Positions 28,753 through 36,830 of a stretch of 59,827 nucleotides of DNA are shown piece after piece. Within the stretch, counting starts at the first letter, position 1, and every line of letters starts with the position of its first letter. The notes beneath the pieces are model-generated. The model made no database searches. It was not told the origin of the DNA and saw nothing but the letters and a program-made list of their open reading frames with translations. This DNA comes from a virus (Duplodnaviria; Caudoviricetes). The translations under genes were made by a program, and so were the position numbers. The stretch lies in IMG/VR virus record IMGVR_UViG_3300042292_000091, positions 1-59,827 of that record; one strand, written 5' to 3'.

Positions 28753-29835
28753 TCAGATTAAAAGTTCAATGTTCTTCATGCCCCATGCTCGTAACTCATC
28801 GTTGTTACGTGCCAACTTCGCGGTGCGCTTGGACTCAAACACCATCGAGTTGAAGCAAGCCTGTATTTCCTCAGACTTCAACCGCTTCACAAACTTCATG
28901 AACGATGTGAGTTCATCCTGCGTGTCGATGGTATCGACCGCATTGAACATGGCGTGGAACAGGACTGCCGGGTTCGTCGGTATCGCAATGTTCTCGGGGT
29001 CAGCCAGAATGTCAGCGACCTTGAGCCACTCCTTCTCCATCTTCATAAACGCATCGACCGACTCGGCAAACGCACCACCACAAAGCCCGGCCAGTGCTGC
29101 CTTCGTCACGTATTGACCTAACTTGCCAGAGTTGTTCACAACCTCATTAGCACCGACCAACGACCGGGGCGTAACGAATGATGTAATGGGCTTGGCCGGG
29201 TCAAAGATGTACGGGTTCTGCTCCTGCCCACCATCAAGATACGACGCGAGACACGACGGATTCATGGCAACCCATGTACGAATGATGCGGGAGATACCAT
29301 TATCAGTTGCCCACAGATTCCAACGCCGGGCATCGGGCTTACGCACATTGATCACACACAGACGATTCAACACGTGCGCCGACAGCGTATCGCCAACACC
29401 GTCAGAGGAATTATTACCCGTTGCGAACACGATAGATCCCGCTGGCAGTTTCACATCACCGACCGTTCGCTCAAGCATCAACCGGGTGAAGATAACTTGC
29501 AGCAACTTGTTCGCCTTGCTCACCTCGTCAAGCATGATGATCTTGGGCTTCGGGCTGTCCAACTTGAACAACTCCGACACGTAAGACTCCAACGATTTAG
29601 TCTGATGGTTCGGTATCCGCATCACTACGTCGGACACATCCAACACCGGGCAGTCTGCATAGATCGGGTCATACTCGTTACCCAAAATCTGTTTAACCAT
29701 AGTCAACACCGTTGACTTGCCGATACCCGGCTCACCGCGCAGCATCACCGTTCGATGATGACCAATCGTTGCGATCAAGTTCGGGATATCACTCAGTTCA
29801 ACAGGGTTGTTGAAGTTGATTGTCTTGTTAGCCAT
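28753..29835 (-). CDS. AAA+ ATPase (MoxR-like)
   Basis: GEPGIGKS Walker A, MLDE Walker B, ATGN sensor, NR finger, TPRS; beside VWA gene. Confidence 0.85.
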   Translation of the reverse strand: MANKTINFNNPVELSDIPNLIATIGHHRTVMLRGEPGIGKSTVLTMVKQILGNEYDPIYADCPVLDVSDVVMRIPNHQTKSLESYVSELFKLDSPKPKIIMLDEVSKANKLLQVIFTRLMLERTVGDVKLPAGSIVFATGNNSSDGVGDTLSAHVLNRLCVINVRKPDARRWNLWATDNGISRIIRTWVAMNPSCLASYLDGGQEQNPYIFDPAKPITSFVTPRSLVGANEVVNNSGKLGQYVTKAALAGLCGGAFAESVDAFMKMEKEWLKVADILADPENIAIPTNPAVLFHAMFNAVDTIDTQDELTSFMKFVKRLKSEEIQACFNSMVFESKRTAKLARNNDELRAWGMKNIELLI

Positions 29836-29871
29836 GTTTGCTACCTCTCGTTATGCCATTGGTTAATGGCG

Positions 29872-30030
29872 TTAATAATCCACACAGTCATCACATTGTT
29901 CTGAGGCTTCCGTCAGTACTTTGACCGCCTCCTCGATGGCAAGTTCCTCCTTCTCAGACAGATTCTTGCCCTCGACCACCCACAACACCTCGGCCAGTGC
30001 CGACATCAATTTCTTTTCTAACAGGGTCAT
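29872..30030 (-). CDS. Small hypothetical protein (52 aa, not in ORF track)
   Basis: MTLLEKKLMSALAEVLW...CDDCVDY; ATGA overlap with upstream gene. Confidence 0.5.
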   Translation of the reverse strand: MTLLEKKLMSALAEVLWVVEGKNLSEKEELAIEEAVKVLTEASEQCDDCVDY

Positions 30031-30944
30031 ACGCTCACCCCGAATGTCTTCAAGATGTCATCAATAGATTCTTTAATCACGACACGCTTCGTGTCTGAGT
30101 TACGCAGTTCGTCGATGGTGGTGTTACCCAGTACCTTCTCAAGTGACGACCGCGCTTGCTCCAACTTGGGGTCTTCTACGAGATTAAAGTTACGGAACGT
30201 ATCGCAAAGCTCACGGGCGCGTTCCAACGTAGAGTCATACAGTCTTCGACGACGCACCTTCACCTCGCCGTTGTCACCCACCGTTGTCTCGGTCTCGCAG
30301 CAATAACTGATCGACTCCATCACCTCGATCAACTGCTTCGTCTGCTTGCCCAAGATATCCTCGACCATGCGCTTCGCTTGTTTCTCGTAGTGCGTTGCCA
30401 TGTCATCAAGCAAGTCCTGTGCAATCTTGCAACGGAAGTCCCCGGTCGGAACCTCGCTCTGCACCAGATCAACAGAGAACTTGTAACGCAACTCGGCTGC
30501 ATCGGGATACTCTGATCGGTCGAACATATCGCCTTGCACAAACGCCATGTTGCTCACGATGGACGGATACTTGTTCAAGAAGTCTTCGACCAATTCATAA
30601 AACTTCTTCTCATGCTCACGATATTCTTTATGGAATCGTGCGATGTTCACCACGGGTAGTAGGCGTTGCGATCCCGCCCAGTCATACGTGCATCGCTGCA
30701 CCCAGTTGTACATCGTCTGCCGATAGTTCAAGACCGCCTTGTGTTCGGCATTGTTGGCAAGAAGATTCTTAACGAACTTGCCACTGTCCTTGCTCGCTTT
30801 CTTAGCGAGCGTCACCTCGTCGCTGATCTGCCGATCCTGCACCGTCGCATTCCATACGTGCGACTCGACTGACACAAGCACACACGCAGATGACAGGGAG
30901 ATGATGTGTTTCGGCTTGTTCAGAATTGTCTGACTCATTTCCAT
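30027..30944 (-). CDS. Conserved phage early protein (DUF3150-like)
   Basis: Helical 305-aa ORF; FDRSEYP, PTGDFR, FNLVEDPKLEQAR motifs; precedes AAA/VWA pair. Confidence 0.6.
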   Translation of the reverse strand: MEMSQTILNKPKHIISLSSACVLVSVESHVWNATVQDRQISDEVTLAKKASKDSGKFVKNLLANNAEHKAVLNYRQTMYNWVQRCTYDWAGSQRLLPVVNIARFHKEYREHEKKFYELVEDFLNKYPSIVSNMAFVQGDMFDRSEYPDAAELRYKFSVDLVQSEVPTGDFRCKIAQDLLDDMATHYEKQAKRMVEDILGKQTKQLIEVMESISYCCETETTVGDNGEVKVRRRRLYDSTLERARELCDTFRNFNLVEDPKLEQARSSLEKVLGNTTIDELRNSDTKRVVIKESIDDILKTFGVSV

Positions 30945-30970
30945 GATTGCTACCTCTGGTTGTTATGCCA

Positions 30971-31189
30971 TTACTTAATGGCGTTTTGATTGTTCAAACG
31001 ATCTAGTCTGTATTGCAGATACCTACGAAACGCATTCTCTACAAATATCTTAGACCGCAATTCTTCGTGTAAGTTCCGTAGTTTTTTCAACTCTTCTGTG
31101 GATTTCTCAATCCGCTCGGTTAAATCTTCAACGGTGTCTTTGATTATGTCTTGCTCGTTCATCACCAAAAGCCTCAAGAAACCAATCAT
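30971..31189 (-). CDS. Small coiled-coil protein
   Basis: ORF track; heptad pattern. Confidence 0.45.
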   Translation of the reverse strand: MIGFLRLLVMNEQDIIKDTVEDLTERIEKSTEELKKLRNLHEELRSKIFVENAFRRYLQYRLDRLNNQNAIK

Positions 31190-31316
31190 TCATGTTGTTA
31201 CCCTGCTCGATGATCCAAGCCTCTTCCGCTTGCTCAGACTTCCACTTGTTACGCTTGGCCTCGATCTTGCGGAGTAGAACTTCTAAACCTTTTGCTATGT
31301 GTTCGGGTTCGTTCAT
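31128..31316 (-). CDS. Hypothetical protein
   Basis: Start taken at MNEPEH, coupled to upstream stop. Confidence 0.45.
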   Translation of the reverse strand: MNEPEHIAKGLEVLLRKIEAKRNKWKSEQAEEAWIIEQGNNMNDWFLEAFGDERARHNQRHR

Positions 31317-31513
31317 TCGCCAATCTCCTGCACTGCGGTAAGTTCGGCATCCATCCACTCGTATTCCTCTTCAGATACGTCCGTATCTGCGTCATACCAA
31401 TCGGTATCGCGGAATTTGTCGCAAGCCTCTTCTTGGTTGTCGGCTTTAACGTATACCGTCTTCACTGCAAACATCGTGACGGGGACGGTGAAGGTATAAA
31501 GTTTCTCGCTCAT
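31313..31513 (-). CDS. Small acidic protein
   Basis: Start taken at MSEKLY with AGGAGG SD; VYVKADNQEEA motif. Confidence 0.55.
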   Translation of the reverse strand: MSEKLYTFTVPVTMFAVKTVYVKADNQEEACDKFRDTDWYDADTDVSEEEYEWMDAELTAVQEIGE

Positions 31514-31514
31514 C

Positions 31515-31760
31515 TCACGCCTCCTTCTTTGTCGGCTTGAACAAGTCTGCAAAAGATTCAGAAAACGAAAAGTCATCTCCCGGTACGATCATCGCGTCAT
31601 CTACCCATATCGCAGATGCACCCGACTCGTCGTAAACCTCGTCAAGACTCATCATCTGTGACACCCGACTCACTATCTCGTCTGCTTTGAATCCATCGGG
31701 ACTATCTACATCATCAAACTCAAACATCACCATCACTTGCAATTTCTTAGCCATCTTCAT
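31515..31760 (-). CDS. Small acidic protein
   Basis: ATGA-coupled ORF. Confidence 0.55.
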   Translation of the reverse strand: MKMAKKLQVMVMFEFDDVDSPDGFKADEIVSRVSQMMSLDEVYDESGASAIWVDDAMIVPGDDFSFSESFADLFKPTKKEA

Positions 31761-31954
31761 GTCCTCGCGTACTTGTTTAGTTGTTTCAACATCTCTTTGT
31801 CACGCACGACACCATACGCACCCTTGTGCGCTGTGATCGTCACGCACCACTTCACTTTCTTCGCATCTGCCTCGCCACAACGTAGGCAGGTAATGAATCC
31901 CACCTCGACGCGCTTGGCTGCGACCTCTTCTGTTCGACACGCTACGCACCACAT
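31757..31954 (-). CDS. Small Zn-finger protein (CxxC...CxxC)
   Basis: CVAC and CLRC; GAGGTAG SD. Confidence 0.6.
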   Translation of the reverse strand: MWCVACRTEEVAAKRVEVGFITCLRCGEADAKKVKWCVTITAHKGAYGVVRDKEMLKQLNKYART

Positions 31955-31988
31955 AGTTGCGCTACCTCCATGCCATTACCTAATGGCA

Positions 31989-32207
31989 TTACTCTCTGAA
32001 AAACTTGGCGGTCATGGCCGTCATGCCTACGACACCTGCCGTAAACGCAATCAGGTATAACCAATTACCACCCGGTATAAGTTCGACTAGGGCAACCGTG
32101 ATTAAGTTCACGCAGCACCCAAACAACACCAACTCTGAAAACTTCTTAACCCTTGCCTCGCGGCGACGGCGACCTGTGCTAGGCCATTTGTAGTCTTTAC
32201 GAATCAC
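31989..32207 (-). CDS. Small membrane protein (2 TM)
   Basis: Two hydrophobic segments; GAGGTAG SD. Confidence 0.55.
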   Translation of the reverse strand: MIRKDYKWPSTGRRRREARVKKFSELVLFGCCVNLITVALVELIPGGNWLYLIAFTAGVVGMTAMTAKFFRE

Positions 32208-32993
32208 TTGCTACCTCCATGCCATTACCTAATGGCATTTGCTTTGAATAAACACTCACGCAGGGTTGGGGTTGCCAACCCTGCTAGGCTGCTCACTCGT
32301 TGTTATTACGGCTTGCTGCTCTTGTAGGCAGATACTCGGGCGCGGGGAAACCCGCTCATGCCCTTAACGCTGCCGGGTGTATGTTGCCCACCCGTACCGG
32401 CTACGGACTGCTTGGCCTAGAACAACCTAGATGATCAGACTTGGCGCGGATAAGGTTTGATTCCCTAGCCGCAATCCCGTGAGTCCTCTTTTACGATCAC
32501 CTTTGCTGCCCGACTTGTCGCCGTGCAATCCTGACGCGCACTGGTTGCGCGTAACCGTCGCCCTTGATATGGGGACACCGGGACTTGCCATGTCCCGTCG
32601 AACCTCTTCCAGTTCGCCTTCTGCTGCTACCGGCTTTCGGCTTGCAGCGTCGCTACAGATGTAACCTTTAAGACCGTCACCGTTCGGTGGAGTTCCCGAT
32701 ATGCCATTAGGTAATGGCATTTGCCGGTCATGCTCTGCGAACGATGGACGAGGCCATCCGTATATGAATTAGACCGCCCAAAACGGAGTAAGTTCCCCAA
32801 TCCGTAAAGATTTTCTGGAAGAACTTTGCCATTAGGTAATGGCGTTTCGGGGTGATGTTCGAGAGATGGTATTTGGCTAATACCATTTTTTACTACGCTG
32901 ACACTCTCGGGTTCGTTTTTATTTTTCAGGTGGTATCGGCGTAGTGGGAAAAAATAAATTTGAGTTCTACTTGGGGGTGAAATGTGGATAAGT

Positions 32994-33379
32994 TTGTTCC
33001 AATGTTCCATTTGTTCCAAGTTTCTGGATTTGTATTATGCTACAGAATTCGGTTTTCGGGGTGGGAGTGGGGTAAGTGTAAGTGCTTGATTTTGTAGAGA
33101 AGAAGAAGAAGAAGTAATAATAATAATATATAAAAGAGAAGAAGAAGAAGGGGATTTGTTCCAATGTTCCACGATTTAGAGGGGCGAGGGGTTTTGGGCA
33201 TTGTGAGTGGGAAAATTTTTTCACTGCGTGTCCCCCATCCCGACTTGCCAATCCCGCTATATTTTCTTGGAACATTGGAACATTGGAACAAAACGTCGTT
33301 TTCTTCAACAAAATCATACACTTATCTTGTTCCAACGAATTTTTATCTTGGAACAAACGGAACAGACCGCGTGGAACAA
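32994..33379. repeat. Iteron-like TGTTCCA/TGGAACA cluster, putative replication origin
   Basis: About 12 direct and inverted copies around a (GAA)n/(TAA)n AT-rich core in a non-coding stretch. Confidence 0.6.
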
Positions 33380-33550
33380 GGTCAAACGTGGCCTTGCGCA
33401 GATTGGTGCGGCGTAGAACAAAATCTTCTGTAGGAACTGGCTTCACCATAACTGGCTTCACACAGACGGAACTGGTCTCGCACCGCGAGACCGAGAGGGG
33501 CGCGGTCGCAGGGTCGCCGTGGCCGGGGCGTGGCGTGGCGCGGAAACGAC

Positions 33551-33580
33551 AAAACCCCGCCCGGCGTGAGCCGGGCAGGG
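33551..33580 (-). terminator. Rho-independent terminator
   Basis: Minus strand CCCTGCCCGGC-TCAC-GCCGGGCGGGG-TTTT, downstream of 33608..34213. Confidence 0.65.
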
Positions 33581-33607
33581 TGGCAGGGTTGGCCTAGTCG
33601 CGTGGCC

Positions 33608-34213
33608 TTACTTGGGTTGCCGCTTGATCACCTCGCGGAAAAAGTTATCAACCAGGGTTTTGCCGGGGTTGGTTGCCAACCACGCATCGACGGCCGCAAG
33701 GAGCGCAGTCGCGTCAAGTACCGGCGGGGTCTCCACCTCACTCGATCCTGCACCCGCACCCGCTGTGGCCGTGGCCGTGGCCGTCGCACCGTGAACATCG
33801 GGAATGCAATCGGTAACGGACTGCTTGACCCCGGTATCGATATATTTCTGGATGCCGCGCCGAATCACCTTATCCGCATCGGGCATGGCCTTAACATCCT
33901 TGCGGAGAGCCGTGAACACCTTGCGCGCGTGATCATGGTCTACGGACTTACCCGCGATAATGCGGGGAGCCTTAAAGAATGCGTCGGTATAGATATCCTT
34001 GGCATCCTTGACGATATCAGCCCACAACGGCGACCCGGTAACGGCCGCGATACTTTCAGCCGATGGTTCAGCGGGGAAGAGGCCGCGCACCGTCGCGCGG
34101 AGTTCCGCACGGATAGTGTCGGTTGTGACCGTGTTATCGGCCACGCGCTTGAGGAGGCCACGCACCGTGGCGCGGATCTCCTCGTTCTGTACGATGGTTC
34201 GACCCAGTTCCAT
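33608..34213 (-). CDS. Hypothetical protein, first gene of the minus-strand arm
   Basis: AAAGGAG SD, downstream terminator, internal ATATATA/GAGAG linker. Confidence 0.7.
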   Translation of the reverse strand: MELGRTIVQNEEIRATVRGLLKRVADNTVTTDTIRAELRATVRGLFPAEPSAESIAAVTGSPLWADIVKDAKDIYTDAFFKAPRIIAGKSVDHDHARKVFTALRKDVKAMPDADKVIRRGIQKYIDTGVKQSVTDCIPDVHGATATATATAGAGAGSSEVETPPVLDATALLAAVDAWLATNPGKTLVDNFFREVIKRQPK

Positions 34214-34573
34214 TTCCGTCTCCTTTCAAAGTCCCGCGATATTGCGGGGTCTATAGATAAGACCGCCGAAACGGGGTCGAGTTCCGCATCATCCAAACTT
34301 TTTTTGACCTGACGCCATTACCTAATGGCATTTCGCCCGGCCGCACCGTGGTCAAAACCGGCAGGACTCGACCCCACCCCCACCCGACCCCCCGCGCCAG
34401 CGTTGGGACTCCTACAATCCTATACACACTAAAACTTGCACAAATTACCACCCACTTTTCAAAACTCGGTTTTTATAACACCCCCCCGGTTGTCTTTTTG
34501 GTACCATGCGTTTTATTTTCTGCTATATAGTCTCTATCCGGGGTTCGCCCCCCGCCTAAACAGTATTGGGTTC

Positions 34574-35128
34574 ATGCAAGACCTTCTCATTCCTGAGATC
34601 GACGAAAACATACCGCTCCCGGCTAACGCGGCCGATGCTCTGCCGGACCTCACTCCCGAGGCCGAAATTGAGATGCGGGCGAGGACAATTAAGCTCATAT
34701 CCGATTTAACTGGGACGCCACTGTGCCCGGACGAGAACGACATTAGCGTGGCTAAAGAAATTGCTACCCAGCACCTCGCTAATCCCAAGACCCGCATTGA
34801 CTACAGTAAATATCCAAATGAAACGATGGCTTATCTCGCGGGCCTCGTAGCGCAAAGCAACTGCGCGTTAGTCGATGATTTGGCTGAATTGAAGCTGTAT
34901 GTCGTGAATAAGCTGGTCTACGAAGTAGAACACGCCGATAGCAGCAAGACTCGCATTCAAGCCTTATCAAAATTGGGCGAAGTAGATGGCGTTGATGCCT
35001 TTAAGAAGCGCAGCGAAACGACGCATATCATCAAACCGATTGAAGAAGTGGAGAAAGAACTTCTATCGGTGCTAGAGGGCATCGAATATCGCGTGGTAGA
35101 TGAGGGTAATAGCCGTGAAGTTGGCTAG
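34574..35128 (+). CDS. Probable terminase small subunit
   Basis: Upstream of TerL; RIQALSKLGEVDGVDAF motif; start taken at MQDLLIP. Confidence 0.55.
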   Translation: MQDLLIPEIDENIPLPANAADALPDLTPEAEIEMRARTIKLISDLTGTPLCPDENDISVAKEIATQHLANPKTRIDYSKYPNETMAYLAGLVAQSNCALVDDLAELKLYVVNKLVYEVEHADSSKTRIQALSKLGEVDGVDAFKKRSETTHIIKPIEEVEKELLSVLEGIEYRVVDEGNSREVG

Positions 35129-35306
35129 GCAGTCCACGATAGATGAGCGTCTGTCGCATTGCACCGACTGCGAAAACAACAAAATGGGAATTTGTAAGAA
35201 ATGTGGGTGCATCATTCAGGGCAAAGTCCGGTTTCCAAACCAAAAATGTCCGATTGGGCTGTGGGGCCGCGAGTCTCAGGGCATTAAAGACCTCATAAAC
35301 GACTAA
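35100..35306 (+). CDS. Small Cys-rich Zn-binding protein
   Basis: CTDC, CKKCGC, CPIGLW. Confidence 0.6.
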   Translation: MRVIAVKLARQSTIDERLSHCTDCENNKMGICKKCGCIIQGKVRFPNQKCPIGLWGRESQGIKDLIND

Positions 35307-35311
35307 AAATC

Positions 35312-36820
35312 GTGCAATTAACCCCACAAAATCTGCAAAAACTAAAGTTGGCCCTGCCAACCATGCCCGATAAAGAGAAACGGCGTGTCGCAGAGCTATT
35401 AAAGACGTATCAAAGCCAACTAACGCAGGCAAAGGGGAAGGATTCTTTTCTCGATTTCATTAATCACGTGTACCCCGGCTATAAAGTTGGGCCGCATCAC
35501 CGCAAATTAGCGAAGATTTTTGAAGATATTGCCGAAGGCAAGAAGAAACGGGTGATCGTGAATATCGCCCCGCGTCACGGCAAGTCGGAGATGATCAGTT
35601 ACCTCGCTCCGGCGTGGTTTCTAGGCAAATTTCCGCATAAAAAAGTGATTATGGCCTCACACACCGCAGATTTGGCGGTGAACTTCGGTCGCAGAGTTAG
35701 AAACCTCGTAGGCTCGGAGCTTTACCGTGACATCTTCTCCAACGTCGAGCTTCAAGCAGATAGTAAGAGTGCTTCTCGTTGGGGTACGAACTTTAATGGC
35801 GAGTATTTTGCTATTGGCGTTGGTGGTGCCTTGGCTGGTCGGGGTGCTGATCTATTCATTATTGATGATCCTCATTCTGAACAAGACGCCAAGCAAGGCC
35901 GATCTGATGTATTTGATCCCGCTTGGGAATGGTTTCAATCAGGACCGGTCCAGCGACTAATGCCGGGTGGCGCGATCATCGTGGTGATGACGCGGTGGAG
36001 TAAGCAGGACCTGACCGGCAAGATTGTCGAGCACATGACCAAGGAAGACGGGGCGGATGAGTGGGAGTTGGTCGAGTTCCCTGCCATCCTGAACGATAAA
36101 CCGCTCTGGCCTGAGTTCTGGACGATTGAGGAGTTGCTGGCAAAGAAAGCCAGCATGGACATCCGGTACTGGCAAGCCCAGTACATGCAGGAGCCGACAT
36201 CCGAAGAGGGTGCGCTCATCAAACGAGAGTGGTGGCAGGTTTGGGATAGAGATAATCCCCCGTCTTGCGAACACATCATTATGTCGCTTGACGCTGCCCA
36301 AGAGAAAACGAACCGGTCGGACTTTAATGCCTTATTAACGTGGGGGGTTTTCAAAAATGAGGAAACCCAGAATTACAACATTATCTTGTTGAACGCGATT
36401 AAGGAGCGGCTGGAGTTCCCGGAGCTAAAAGCGCTTGTCCTTGAGCAGTACAAAGAGTGGAACCCGGACACCTTTATCGTGGAAAAGAAATCCAACGGTG
36501 CGGCGCTGTATCAGGAGATGCGGCGCATGGGTGTCCCGATATCGGAATTTACCCCCGGTAAGGGGCAGGACAAGATTAGCCGGGTTAACTCGGTGACGGA
36601 CTTATTTTCGGCGGGTATAGTCTGGGTGCCTGACCGCAGGTGGGCGTATGAGGTAGTCGAGGAGTGCAATGACTTCCCTGCCGGTACCCACGATGACTTG
36701 GTGGACGCCACCACATTAGCCCTTCTTCGTTTTAGGCAAGGCGGCTTTATTAGGCTCCCTACGGATGAGCCAGAACCAACGAAATGGTTCAAGAGCCACA
36801 GACGCGAGTCGTATTACTAG
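35312..36820 (+). CDS. terL: Terminase large subunit
   Basis: APRHGKS Walker A, IIDD Walker B, MTRW, VEKKSNG and HDDLVDA nuclease motifs. Confidence 0.93.
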   Translation: MQLTPQNLQKLKLALPTMPDKEKRRVAELLKTYQSQLTQAKGKDSFLDFINHVYPGYKVGPHHRKLAKIFEDIAEGKKKRVIVNIAPRHGKSEMISYLAPAWFLGKFPHKKVIMASHTADLAVNFGRRVRNLVGSELYRDIFSNVELQADSKSASRWGTNFNGEYFAIGVGGALAGRGADLFIIDDPHSEQDAKQGRSDVFDPAWEWFQSGPVQRLMPGGAIIVVMTRWSKQDLTGKIVEHMTKEDGADEWELVEFPAILNDKPLWPEFWTIEELLAKKASMDIRYWQAQYMQEPTSEEGALIKREWWQVWDRDNPPSCEHIIMSLDAAQEKTNRSDFNALLTWGVFKNEETQNYNIILLNAIKERLEFPELKALVLEQYKEWNPDTFIVEKKSNGAALYQEMRRMGVPISEFTPGKGQDKISRVNSVTDLFSAGIVWVPDRRWAYEVVEECNDFPAGTHDDLVDATTLALLRFRQGGFIRLPTDEPEPTKWFKSHRRESYY

Positions 36821-36830
36821 GAGAACTTAA

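Larger units (their letters stand above)
25819..34329. promoter_or_regulatory. Eight dispersed palindromes GCCATT-N4-AATGGC (operator-like)
   Basis: Copies start at 25819, 29855, 30967, 31972, 32221, 32703, 32828, 34314; five lie just upstream of SD/start codons of minus-strand genes. Confidence 0.75.

Noticed and set aside
33510-33545. Second GGY-NN tract (GGCGTGGCGTGGCGCGG)
   Set aside because: Only 3-4 units in GC-rich sequence, no separator
32427-33597. Several ORFs in the origin region (e.g. 32967..33461)
   Set aside because: They translate iterons and GAA/TAA runs (FFFF/YYYY); no SD or recognisable motifs
33530-34312. 260-aa plus-strand ORF
   Set aside because: Antisense shadow of 33608..34213, which has an SD and terminator
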